Shown here in pieces: positions 9,241 through 19,026 of a stretch of 64,000 nucleotides of DNA. The position numbers and the translations under genes are program-made. Under the pieces are notes generated by a model. It did not search any database. It was not told the origin of the DNA and was given only the letters and a program-made list of their open reading frames with translations. Source of the stretch: Dehalococcoidia bacterium (GTDB taxonomy: Bacteria; Chloroflexota; Dehalococcoidia; Plut-88900); contig OZ240221.1 in NCBI GenBank assembly GCA_965197675.1, positions 280,095-344,094 of the forward strand. The letters run 5' to 3'. Each line of letters begins with the position of its first letter. The stretch's first letter is position 1.

Positions 9241-11181
9241 ATGGCAGGTGTACTAGGAATAGACCTGGGAACCACAAACTCTTGTACGGCAGTAATGGAT
9301 GCGGGGGACCCGACTGTCCTAGAGAACAGTGAGGGCACTAGAACTACGCCATCTGTGTTTGGAGTCAACCCTAAGACAAATGAGCGCTACGTAGGTCAGG
9401 TGGCGAAGCGTCAAGCGGTAACCAATCCTGATAACACCGTCTTTTCAGTCAAGCGACTCATGGGGCGCAAATTCGAAGATCCAGAGGTTCAGAAAGACCT
9501 TAAACTCCTTCCCTACAAGATTATCAAAGCGTCCAATGGAGATGCTCACATTCAGATACTGGACAAGAGTTACTCTCCTCCGGAGCTATCTGCCATGATC
9601 CTACGAAAGTTGAAGGAGGATGCGGAAGCCAAGCTTGGCCAAAATATAACCGAGGCGGTAATCACAGTTCCAGCCTACTTCAACGACAGCCAACGCCAGG
9701 CTACCAAAGACGCCGGCAAAATAGCGGGCCTGGAGGTGCTTCGAATTATCAATGAGCCTACAGCCGCATCTCTTGCCTACGGCCTAGATAAGAAGGGCGA
9801 TACCACTATTGCTGTCTACGATCTGGGTGGCGGTACCTTCGATGTCTCCATCTTGCAGATCGGAGAAGGTGTTTTCGAGGTGAAGTCCACCAACGGAGAT
9901 ACTCACCTAGGAGGAGATGATTTCGATCAGAGGATCATCGACTGGCTAGTGGCCGAGTTTAGGAAGGACCAGGGCATAGACCTGAAACAGGACAAAATGG
10001 CCTTACAGCGATTGAAAGAGGCTGCCGAGAAGGCCAAGATAGAGTTGTCCAACGTAGTACAGACGGAGATCAATCTCCCTTTCATCACCGCGGACGCCAG
10101 CGGCCCCAAACATATGAACATCGCCCTCAGCCGTTCCAAGCTTGAGCAACTGGTGGGAGATCTGGTCGCGAAAACCGAGGGCCCATGCCGTCAGGCATTG
10201 AAAGACGCTGGGCTCACCTCCTCCGACGTAAGTGAGGTGGTGTTGGTGGGTGGTCAGACTCGCATGCCGACGGTAATAGAAAAGGTGAAAGAGATTTTCG
10301 GGAAGGAGCCTCACAAGGGTGTAAATCCAGACGAGGTTGTCGGCGTGGGCGCGGCCATACAGGCTGGCGTTCTCAAGGGTGAGGTACATGATGTACTGCT
10401 CCTAGACGTCACTCCACTGACCCTGGGCATCGAGACTCTTGGTGGAGTTATGACCGCCCTTATACCCAGGAACACAACTATACCCACATCTAAGTCTCAG
10501 GTGTTTTCTACGGCCTCAGACAACCAGCCCAGCGTGGACGTTCACGTGCTCCAAGGCGAGCGGCCTATGGCTCCAGAGAACAAGACTATCGGTCGTTTCT
10601 TATTGGATGGCATCCTGCCTGCTCCCAGGGGCATGCCGCAAATAGAGGTAACTTTCGACATTGACGCCAACGGGATACTTAACGTCTCAGCCAAAGATAA
10701 CGGCACGGGTAAGGAGCAGAAGATCACCATCACTGCCAGCTCCGGCCTCTCGCAAGAGGAAGTGGAAAAGATGGTGAGGGAGGCCGAGACTCACGCCGAG
10801 GAGGACAGGGGCAAGCGGGAAGAGATAGAGGCTCATAACAATGCCGACGCCCTGGTCTACAACGCAGAGAAGATGATGAGGGAGCATGCCGACAAGGTCC
10901 CCGAAGACCTGAAGTCTGAGATAGAGGGGAAGATAGCGCAGGTTCGCTCGGCTCTTCAGGGTTCGGATACGCAACAGGTGAAGAGATCAACTGAGGAGCT
11001 CCAAGAGTCCCTCCAGAAAGTGGGGTCTGCGGTCTACGGTCAAACCGGTGGAGGACAACCGGGTAGCCCAACTGATGGCCAGGACCCCAGTGAGCCTGGT
11101 CAGGACGTAACGCCTGAAGGAGAAGAGACCGTAGAGGGTGAGTTCAAGGAGGTTCAAGACAACGGAGGCCCGACCCGATAG
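9241..11181 (+). CDS. dnaK: Chaperone DnaK (Hsp70)
   Basis: [31 protein letters not shown]; ATG at 9241 preferred over TTG at 9232. Confidence 0.98.
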   Translation: MAGVLGIDLGTTNSCTAVMDAGDPTVLENSEGTRTTPSVFGVNPKTNERYVGQVAKRQAVTNPDNTVFSVKRLMGRKFEDPEVQKDLKLLPYKIIKASNGDAHIQILDKSYSPPELSAMILRKLKEDAEAKLGQNITEAVITVPAYFNDSQRQATKDAGKIAGLEVLRIINEPTAASLAYGLDKKGDTTIAVYDLGGGTFDVSILQIGEGVFEVKSTNGDTHLGGDDFDQRIIDWLVAEFRKDQGIDLKQDKMALQRLKEAAEKAKIELSNVVQTEINLPFITADASGPKHMNIALSRSKLEQLVGDLVAKTEGPCRQALKDAGLTSSDVSEVVLVGGQTRMPTVIEKVKEIFGKEPHKGVNPDEVVGVGAAIQAGVLKGEVHDVLLLDVTPLTLGIETLGGVMTALIPRNTTIPTSKSQVFSTASDNQPSVDVHVLQGERPMAPENKTIGRFLLDGILPAPRGMPQIEVTFDIDANGILNVSAKDNGTGKEQKITITASSGLSQEEVEKMVREAETHAEEDRGKREEIEAHNNADALVYNAEKMMREHADKVPEDLKSEIEGKIAQVRSALQGSDTQQVKRSTEELQESLQKVGSAVYGQTGGGQPGSPTDGQDPSEPGQDVTPEGEETVEGEFKEVQDNGGPTR

Positions 11182-11714
11182 CCTGTCTAAATCCTCAATG
11201 GTCTAGCTACACAGCCGCCTCGAGAAAAACTTATCGCTCACTGATAGTCTCCGTCGAGTCCGGCAGCCCCACCAATAAGAACGGGATTATGTCGGAGATT
11301 CGATAGTGGCCTTAGATAGTCGGTGGAGGATTGGATGAGTTGCCATCTTACTCAGTGGAGACCTGATAGGTAAGGAAACACCAGTCGAGGTGATGCGCTG
11401 GAAAAACCCAGGACGTAAATGTGTCGGTAGCTCTGCGCGCCGCAGTAACGCACGGGCCGGGATAACCACCATCTAGCGCCTCGAGGGTCGGTTATCACCA
11501 ATGCACGCGTAGTGGGGCTAAGTCTACGGTAGGCAGTACTACCTTCGAGTTGTGGCTGGGCCTGTGAGTCTAGCATGCCTCACTCCTCAGATTATTAAGG
11601 TGCGTGATAGGTGGATGTAGCATCCACTCGCAGGTAACAGAGGCTAGGCTTGTATCGTTTTTCTGGTTCTCGGGCGGCCGTCCGGGAAAACTTCCGCTAC
11701 TGGAGAGCCAGCTT

Positions 11715-11845
11715 GCTCAGGGGGCGCGGCCCAGGTTGGTGTGCAGGACGACTCCGGTGGCGTTGATGGCTCGCCGGGGCCGGGATGTCCATTGCTGGGA
11801 TGCTTTTGCACACACACTTTCTACGATCTGGGAGAGGTTTAGAAC
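11715..11845 (-). pseudogene. selA: Selenocysteine synthase (SelA) relic fragment
   Basis: Minus strand reads NLSQIVESVCAKASQQWTSRPRRAINATGVVLHTNLGRAP then stop; INATGVVLHTNLGRAP is the SelA signature; not in the ORF track. Confidence 0.8.
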
Positions 11846-12149
11846 GAGGTCACCGCTTGCCTAGGAATTGCGAACCCCGTCCAGATGACGCCGGATATGG
11901 GAGTAGATTGCAACCAGTTGCTGCACCGCTTCTTGCTGCAAGACGGCGCCAATACTGGGGAGGCTACGGAATCCACTGGTCAAATAAGCCTTTCAAGGAG
12001 AGAATACAGAAATTGTAGCACAGCAGTTGCTTGCCGCTACTGGTCCAGGACGGTGGCCTCGTGCATGAGGAAGGGCACTGGCAGACGGCAGCGCGGAAGG
12101 GGGAGGGAGCCGTAGGGTATAGCAAGAACCCGCCTGATCGGCGATAAAG

Positions 12150-14588
12150 TCATGTCCCGACTGCTGAATGATTCCTTGCCACCCATGCGCTTACTCGTGA
12201 GACACAATTGTCGAGATCGTCTCGTATCTCGTAGACCCAAAACCGCATGATGTCCCAACCCAACTCCATTAGACGTTGGTTACGTATCTGGTCCCTGCGA
12301 CAAAGCTCGCCATTCCAATCGCGGTGGTAGAGCTCGCCATCGACTTCTATATCCAGGCGGACCGACCCGCAGAATAATGCAAAATCCAGATCGTATTGAT
12401 CGACGGAGTATTGGGGAATCGGTCTGTGCCCGGCTGAGAACAGAGCTTTGTAGAATATTCTTTCCCAATCTGAAACGCGTTCCGGCCGCGACACAGTTGG
12501 GTACTCCACCCCTAACTCTTTATCCTCCGCGCTTGAGGTTTCTCGACCTACCGTGGCAATATCATCAATGTACCGAGCGAATCCTTCAAGGTAATCTACT
12601 TCAGAGGAGGCTGTGGCGGACTTGTCTCCAATCACAACTAGCATCGAACGGGCGCGAGTAATCGCAACATTGAATAAGTTTCCGTTACGCCTTAGGAAAT
12701 TCAATGCGTTCTCTGAAATGCCATCTGATACAACCGGCGAAAAAATGATCAGGTCTCGTTCATCTCCTTGGAACCTATGGACCGTATCAACCAGGAAATC
12801 AGCAGATGTTAGCCTTTGCGTAAGTACTCCGTCCTGAAAGACGATGTCCCTAATGCGATTGGCCTGTGCACGGAACGGACTGACGACGCCAATCGTACCT
12901 TTATAGCTACGCTCCGATACAAGTCTACGCAATTCGAGGACCACGGCTTGGGCCTCATCCTCATTCAGGGCTCCCCCTGCAGGGGAGCGCGATACGTGTC
13001 CACGCAAGTCTATCCAGCGAATAGCGGGGCCGTCTCTCGAAGCCATCTTCAAGCTATCGTAGTCAGTTGCTACCCGAAGTCGACCTTCATAGAACTGGTC
13101 ATTTGAGAACGTGATGATGTCGGCGTGAGAACGATGATGGTCTCGCAGCGCCACGATGTCTTCACTCCGACAGAGACTGCTCGCTAAATCGAACAAGCTA
13201 TGAGCCGAATACGCCCATGAAGCATAATCCATTGTAGGATCGTGGGCAGCTAGAAGCTGCTGGTCTCTAGCTGGGCTAATCGAACTGATATGACGGAGTT
13301 GCTGAGGGTCACCGATGATCACCGCGTGTTTCGCCCGGTAAAGTAGGGGTAAAGCGGAGGCGATGTCGCACTGGCTGGCCTCGTCGATAACCACCAAATC
13401 GAAGATGCCGGGTTCGAGGGGTAGACGATTACGCGCCGACAACGAAGTCACGGCCCAACAGGGAAGTAGGTCAGCCACACTTCGGGAGAGTTGATAGTAG
13501 CGGCGGTAGAGGCGAGATACATCCTTACTGGCCTGGCGGTCTTCTTCGTTAGCTTTGACAATCAATTGTAAGAGTGCGGAGTAATCGCCCAGCAATTTTC
13601 TCTCTTCTTGCGACAGTCTGTTAGGCTGGATATGTAGCCAGTAATGCCAGAGTTGCATTGAATTGTCCGCGATTGCGTCGTTCAATTCGAGTACAACCTT
13701 CGCGACTACCTCTGCCGGTTCACATTCTTGTAACATGGCGAGAGATTTGAAGTATTCATCTATCCTGTGCACCGAATTGCAACGTTCTATAGCGCTGTTT
13801 CTGAATTCGATCCATTGAAGGATTGTGTCATCGTTCGGCGGCTGGATGGGGCTGCCAATTCCCAGAATATTTTTCACATTCTGAAATTTCTGGACTGCCT
13901 CCGCAAGTCGTGCGTATCTGGCATTTTTTCTAAAGCGCCAGGATAGCTTCTGGAGAATTGATTGGCGGCGCCGATTAGCTCCATCCACCGCTTTAGAAAA
14001 CGCAAAAAGGGCCTCGTCAATCTTCTCAATTGGCAGATTGCGGATCCGCTGGAAATTTTCCTCGCCGAAGAGGCCTCGCAAATCTTCTATCTGCTGCTCG
14101 ATATGGTCGACCCGGTTTCGAGCAGCTACCAGCTGGTCAAGCAGCAATTGATGTGATTTCATCTTCTCTAGCAGCTGGCCATGAATATCTAAATGGTGCT
14201 GGTAATTCGCCTCGTCATCAGGAGTGGCTTTTGCTCCCAGCAACGACGATAGGTACTCAACGAGCTCTCCCCGATGTTCGTTGGTGCCAAGTCGAAGCAA
14301 TATCGGACGCGAGCCGAAAGCGTTGACACGTTCCTCAACGACATCCACAGCTTTGTTATTCTTGCTCGCGAATAAGACTTTCTTTCCTCGCCAAGCGGCG
14401 TTCATCAGCAACGCTGTCACCACCTGTGATTTGCCGGTGCCAGGTGGACCGGTAATGACCGTGAGAGGATTTGAAAACGATCTCTCGATTGCGGTGCGCT
14501 GCTCCAAATTCAAGGGAACAACCTGAAGCAACGGCGGTTGTTCACTCTCATTCACATGTTCTTCCTTGCTACGCGTCCTAATAACCAA
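12150..14588 (-). CDS. UPF1/Dna2-like SF1 helicase with C-terminal DUF559/Vsr-like nuclease (C-terminal part of a split gene)
   Basis: GPPGTGKS, DEASQ, GDPQQL, TVHRFQGDE, NVAITRAR; C-terminal DFAL..IEVDG..YH..D..R..L..GW..RFW. Confidence 0.88.
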   Translation of the reverse strand: MVIRTRSKEEHVNESEQPPLLQVVPLNLEQRTAIERSFSNPLTVITGPPGTGKSQVVTALLMNAAWRGKKVLFASKNNKAVDVVEERVNAFGSRPILLRLGTNEHRGELVEYLSSLLGAKATPDDEANYQHHLDIHGQLLEKMKSHQLLLDQLVAARNRVDHIEQQIEDLRGLFGEENFQRIRNLPIEKIDEALFAFSKAVDGANRRRQSILQKLSWRFRKNARYARLAEAVQKFQNVKNILGIGSPIQPPNDDTILQWIEFRNSAIERCNSVHRIDEYFKSLAMLQECEPAEVVAKVVLELNDAIADNSMQLWHYWLHIQPNRLSQEERKLLGDYSALLQLIVKANEEDRQASKDVSRLYRRYYQLSRSVADLLPCWAVTSLSARNRLPLEPGIFDLVVIDEASQCDIASALPLLYRAKHAVIIGDPQQLRHISSISPARDQQLLAAHDPTMDYASWAYSAHSLFDLASSLCRSEDIVALRDHHRSHADIITFSNDQFYEGRLRVATDYDSLKMASRDGPAIRWIDLRGHVSRSPAGGALNEDEAQAVVLELRRLVSERSYKGTIGVVSPFRAQANRIRDIVFQDGVLTQRLTSADFLVDTVHRFQGDERDLIIFSPVVSDGISENALNFLRRNGNLFNVAITRARSMLVVIGDKSATASSEVDYLEGFARYIDDIATVGRETSSAEDKELGVEYPTVSRPERVSDWERIFYKALFSAGHRPIPQYSVDQYDLDFALFCGSVRLDIEVDGELYHRDWNGELCRRDQIRNQRLMELGWDIMRFWVYEIRDDLDNCVSRVSAWVARNHSAVGT

Positions 14589-15529
14589 GCGCCAAGGGCT
14601 GTGTCCGAATATGCGTCCTCTGCCAGTTCCCCAAGTCTTCCAAGTTCCGTCTCAAGGCCATGGGTATACGGTGAACGTTCCGCCAAACAGAGGATTGCTC
14701 GGTTATAAATGCCTGCTTCTGTGATCTCTGAGACCTTGGGGCCAGAGGACAGTTCATAAACTTCTGGGTCCTCCCGCCAATCCCAATCGACACGAATTGC
14801 ACGCAACCGGAGGAAAAGCTCGTCTAGATCGGGCAGTTGGCCCGGCGCATTGGAAAGGCCAAGTTCGTCCGCCAACTGGATAGCTTCGTGCATCATACTC
14901 CCACTATCCACGTTGGGGAAATTTCGCAAGTGGGCAAAATTAAAGACGGGCATTTCCTCAAAGCCTGATTCCAAAGGACCACGAAGGGGGTTCCTGCAGC
15001 TTGGGAAAAGCATCACCGGATCCACCTTGTAGTCTTCACAACCGTTGCGCGAGCGTAGCAAGTGAATGCGGATCGGGTAACCGAGAAAAATGGTCAGACG
15101 GCTTCTATCTCGACCAATCTTTCCACGTAAAGTTTGCATTCCATCCACCTGCAACAAATCTGCATCAGAGTCCTCCCAAAAGGGCAACTGGTCGAGTTCG
15201 ACATAATTCAGATCCCCGTATTTGCTGGTGGCGAAAACACTAACGCCTGTATCGGCATCGTGAGTTAGACAATCCAGGTAGTAGCGTGACAGACGCGCCA
15301 AAGGGCCGTCGGACTCTCGTTGCTGTTTAGGTTGCGGCCGAGCGGTTTGATTCGGCAGAGATGTCAAGCGCCAACGATAGGATTCGTCTTGGATAGCTTT
15401 ACGCCGCAAGGGACCGTATAAAATGGCATTCACAGCCTTGCGGTCAATGCCGAGTTCGTCGGCAATCTGCTTAGCTCTGAGACCAGGCTTTTTACCCAGT
15501 AAGTCGATTACTTTCTCAGTGTCGCTCAC
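14552..15529 (-). CDS. N-terminal part of the helicase-nuclease, with a Z-alpha-like winged helix
   Basis: wHTH (AKQIADELGIDRKAVNAILY...W), then a RYYLDCL domain; overlaps the helicase ORF in the -1 frame. Confidence 0.7.
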   Translation of the reverse strand: MSDTEKVIDLLGKKPGLRAKQIADELGIDRKAVNAILYGPLRRKAIQDESYRWRLTSLPNQTARPQPKQQRESDGPLARLSRYYLDCLTHDADTGVSVFATSKYGDLNYVELDQLPFWEDSDADLLQVDGMQTLRGKIGRDRSRLTIFLGYPIRIHLLRSRNGCEDYKVDPVMLFPSCRNPLRGPLESGFEEMPVFNFAHLRNFPNVDSGSMMHEAIQLADELGLSNAPGQLPDLDELFLRLRAIRVDWDWREDPEVYELSSGPKVSEITEAGIYNRAILCLAERSPYTHGLETELGRLGELAEDAYSDTALGAWLLGRVARKNM

Positions 15530-15936
15530 TAATATACTACCGTATGATTTGACCGCTACGGGCGCATTTTCTCTGAAGTGGATTTAAGTATAGGCAGCCG
15601 CTTCTTAACCGGTCAAGGAATAATCGTCCGTTCTGATCTCGTTCGGATAGAAACCGTACTCCTGGGAAGACAGTGCAGGGACGGATACTGTCGGATATTT
15701 ACGTATAATAATGCGGGCTGTCGATAAAAGCCGTGATCGCTCGTAAGATCAAGGTGAGGGTAGGGTGTAAATGAGCCTGTTTCATAAATCCCCCAAGCGT
15801 TGGTTTTCGTCCTTTGACAGTAACTGTCTCAAAAATCAAGGGGGCTGGAGTGATGGTGAAGGCCTCCCTCCGTCGTTCCCGTGAAAACTGGACCTATCCC
15901 ACGATGATGGGATATATAATACACCTCTCGCTCATC

Positions 15937-16160
15937 TGGTTCCCTTCGGTAAACTCAGGATAAACTCTAAGCTCACCATGAGCGGCGGGCACCCTTGCGG
16001 GCTTCTGGGATAGGGTCACCTGGATTCCCGTGTCAAGCACGGGAATGACGGCATAGGCAGTGAGGGCGCCCTTCGGCTGGCTCAGGATGACGCTTCGACA
16101 AGCTCAGGGTGAGCGGAGACGCCTCAAGCCCCGAGGGAGAAGGAGCCGGGGAATTTTGGC
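15937..16160. repeat. Modular palindromic intergenic repeat, copy 2
   Basis: TGGTTCCC..CTCAGGATAAACTCT..GCTCACCATGAGCGGCGGGCACCCTTG..GATTCCCGTGTCAAGCACGGGAATGAC nearly identical to 2694-2807; tail GAGGGAGAAGGAGCCGGGG matches 42426-42453. Confidence 0.88.
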
Positions 16161-16180
16161 CTCTCACTTCTTTTTTCAGC

Positions 16181-17512
16181 CTAAAGCAGCCCGCTTTTCC
16201 TGACCTCACGGAGGGATCTCTTCATGGCATCTATGATCTGGTCGATGTCCTCTGGGGTGTGCGCGTAAGAGATCATGGCCAGGTGGATGCCGGGCACAAC
16301 TACTCCGTTGTTGAGAAGGTGTAGATAGAAGGTCTCCTCGGCTTCTCTTAACGAATCGTCGACGTCACGGATGCTGTTGATGGGAGTCCTCTGGAAACGG
16401 AGATAGAACACCGACAGGGCATTCATCATCTGAACGGGGAACTCCTCAGTCATACAAAACTGGTTAATTTCGTCGGCAAGCCTGGTCCCCTGTTCCGCTA
16501 GGTAGGAGTATACCTCGGGGTGGTCTTTTAGATAGCTAACCATTGTGTGACCGGTCGTCATGGTCATTGGGTTACCACTAAAGGTTCCGCCACCGAAGAT
16601 CCTGGGCTTTTCAGAGCTTCCCATCCCTTCTCCAAACACATCCATTACATCCGAAGGCCCCGCAATGGCACCGAGAGGCAGTCCTCCACCTGGTATCTTT
16701 CCATAGGTAGCGATATCGGGGACTACGTCAAAGTAATCCTGGGCTCCACCGTAGGCTAGCCTGAAGCCTGTGATTACCTCATCCATGAGGAAGAGTACGC
16801 CGCACTCGCGGCACACCTCTCGCAAATGCCTGAGAAAGTCTCCACAGTCCAGGCGGGGGTTGGAGCTCTGTACTGGCTCTAATAGCACCACCGCCAGGTC
16901 ATCCTTCTGCCCGCGGATGAGATCAAAGGCTGCCTCGTTTCTGTACGGAAGAATGACGATCTGATCCAGGGTCTCTTTGGGAAGGCCGGAGCCCCGAGCG
17001 AGGGGAGTTGGATGGTTTACCGGGCTATCGGGATCGAACTCAACGAGGACATAGTCTTGATCACCATGGAAAGACCCTTCGAACACGGCCACCTTCGTCT
17101 TACCCGTATACGCTCTGGCAGCACGAATAGCAGTCATTGTTGCCTCTGTTCCCGTATTGCAGAACACCACCTTGTCCGCACAGGGGATGGCGTCCACCAT
17201 CAGGCGCCCCAAGCGCTCTTGGTAGGGGTTGAAAAGGCCGTACTGGAGACCTCGTTCAGCAGTCTTTTTGACTGCGTTAACTATGATATCAGGCGCGTGT
17301 CCCAATATGTTAGGGCCGTAGCCCATAGTAAGATCGATGTATTCATTGCCGTCCACGTCTATCACCCGCGAGCCCTTGGCCTCACGAATATACAGGGGAT
17401 AGGGCATCTCGACGGTGTTGACCACCTCTTGAGCGACTACCTCGTGACTGCTTTTGAACGCGGCCAAGGATTTGGGATGACTTCGGTCTAGGATCGAGCG
17501 GATATCCTCCAT
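16181..17512 (-). CDS. Class-III PLP aminotransferase (GSA-aminomutase/HemL-like)
   Basis: DVDGNEYID, GPNILGH, TGTEA, DEVITGFR, GKIPGGGLP, GTFSGNP. Confidence 0.85.
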   Translation of the reverse strand: MEDIRSILDRSHPKSLAAFKSSHEVVAQEVVNTVEMPYPLYIREAKGSRVIDVDGNEYIDLTMGYGPNILGHAPDIIVNAVKKTAERGLQYGLFNPYQERLGRLMVDAIPCADKVVFCNTGTEATMTAIRAARAYTGKTKVAVFEGSFHGDQDYVLVEFDPDSPVNHPTPLARGSGLPKETLDQIVILPYRNEAAFDLIRGQKDDLAVVLLEPVQSSNPRLDCGDFLRHLREVCRECGVLFLMDEVITGFRLAYGGAQDYFDVVPDIATYGKIPGGGLPLGAIAGPSDVMDVFGEGMGSSEKPRIFGGGTFSGNPMTMTTGHTMVSYLKDHPEVYSYLAEQGTRLADEINQFCMTEEFPVQMMNALSVFYLRFQRTPINSIRDVDDSLREAEETFYLHLLNNGVVVPGIHLAMISYAHTPEDIDQIIDAMKRSLREVRKSGLL

Positions 17513-17515
17513 ACT

Positions 17516-18199
17516 TTACCTCCTCCTGTGAGACTCTCTAGATGAGTTCTGTCCGCGCTGAGGTCTGATGCTGACTTTTCTTCCTTCTCCTTCTCCGATG
17601 CTTTCAGTAAACACGCGCTGATCCCTGGATAGGACCAGGTGAATTATGCGCCGTTCGCTGGCTGGCATCGGTTCCAGGGTAAAAGGGCGTCCCGATCTCT
17701 TTACCCTTTCAGCTAGCCGTTGCGCAAGGTTTTTGAGGGATTGATGACGGCGACGCCTGTAGCCCTCTACGTCCACGTTGACAGGCTCCCATCTCTCCAG
17801 CCGCCGACTAACCAGATAGTTCAGTAGAAACTGAAGAGAGGAGAGAGCAGATCCCCCTCTTCCTATGAGAAGACCGGAGTCCTCGCCTGTGATGTCCAAT
17901 ACGTATGAGGGTTCGACTCCTGCTTCCTCGATTTCGGGGTGCCTCAACTGGACAGCGGCATCAACGTTCACGTGGGTGAACAGCTCCTGAAGGATATCTC
18001 TAGCTACACCAGCAGCTTCAGGGATGGCTTCTAGAGGAGTTACTCTTACTCTTGCTGGTTCGCTACCAATTCCCAGGATGCCCGATCTACCTTCGGTGAC
18101 GACGACGACGGCGACTTCGTCTCGCTCTGCGCCTAGCTGTTTCAGCCCCAGCTCTATCGCCTCCTCCACTGTCTTGCCCGTCACTTCCAGGCTCTCCAT
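17516..18199 (-). CDS. jag: RNA-binding protein Jag/EloR (Jag_N-KH-R3H)
   Basis: GKTVEEAI, GLLIGRGG, ERRIIH, ESIGEG. Confidence 0.93.
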   Translation of the reverse strand: MESLEVTGKTVEEAIELGLKQLGAERDEVAVVVVTEGRSGILGIGSEPARVRVTPLEAIPEAAGVARDILQELFTHVNVDAAVQLRHPEIEEAGVEPSYVLDITGEDSGLLIGRGGSALSSLQFLLNYLVSRRLERWEPVNVDVEGYRRRRHQSLKNLAQRLAERVKRSGRPFTLEPMPASERRIIHLVLSRDQRVFTESIGEGEGRKVSIRPQRGQNSSRESHRRR

Positions 18200-19007
18200 G
18201 GACTACCATCTCCTTTGACGTTTCGGTTTTCGTTTCTTGTGCTGATGGGGTTTCAACGGCGGGGGCGGAGGCGGAAACGAGCGCGCCCCATCCGGTGGCC
18301 CTGTACTGTAGTGCTATACCTATGCCATTGGACACAACCCAGTAAAGGGCAAGCCCACTGGGGAATCCCAATGTAAACATCCCAAACATGACAGGCATCA
18401 TCCACAGCATCATTCGGTTCATCGAGGCCTGTCTGGGGTCGGCGGCGGCTGTTGAGGTGGTCGACATCTTCTGTAATACCCACATAGAGGCTCCCACCAA
18501 AACGGGAAGAACAAATCTGGTGGGGTCCGGCTCGGAAAGATCCAACCAAAGGAACCCACTATTAAGGGGAAACGTCTCGTGGACATTGGGCATCCAGGGG
18601 TAGAGCTTCTGAGATAGATCAACCAGCCTCTCAGGATTTTTGGGTAGGGCCTGCAAAATCGATTGATACAGACCAATCCATATCGGAAGCTGAATCAACA
18701 TGGGACCCAGGCAGCCTATAGGGTTTATACCCTCTTCTCTGTATAAGCTCATCATCTCCTGGGATATTTTCTCTCGGTCTTTCCCGTGCTTTCTCTGGAT
18801 CTCTTTAATCTGGGGCTGCAAGCGAGACATGGCCCGGGTCGCGTTGATCTGCTTTCGTGTCAAGGGGTACATGAGCAGCCTTATGACTATCGTGAAGGCG
18901 ATGATACTAAGCCCGAAGTTGCTGCCCAGTATAACGTAAAGGAAGATCAGGGAGTTGAGCATGGGCCTGAGCAGGACCTGTACCCATATAGCACCGATTA
19001 TTTCCAA
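18087..19007 (-). CDS. yidC: Membrane protein insertase YidC (short type, no large P1 domain)
   Basis: TIVIRLLMYPL, QPQIKEIQ, GCLGPMLIQLPI, PSGLALYW; 3' end overlaps jag. Confidence 0.93.
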   Translation of the reverse strand: MEIIGAIWVQVLLRPMLNSLIFLYVILGSNFGLSIIAFTIVIRLLMYPLTRKQINATRAMSRLQPQIKEIQRKHGKDREKISQEMMSLYREEGINPIGCLGPMLIQLPIWIGLYQSILQALPKNPERLVDLSQKLYPWMPNVHETFPLNSGFLWLDLSEPDPTRFVLPVLVGASMWVLQKMSTTSTAAADPRQASMNRMMLWMMPVMFGMFTLGFPSGLALYWVVSNGIGIALQYRATGWGALVSASAPAVETPSAQETKTETSKEMVVHGEPGSDGQDSGGGDRAGAETARRRARRSRRRRRHRR

Positions 19008-19026
19008 CCGTATCCCCTTTGCTTAC

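Noticed and set aside
16181-17512. Calling the gene hemL
   Set aside because: Family fit is clear, but there is no haem-pathway context and it could be a paralogue
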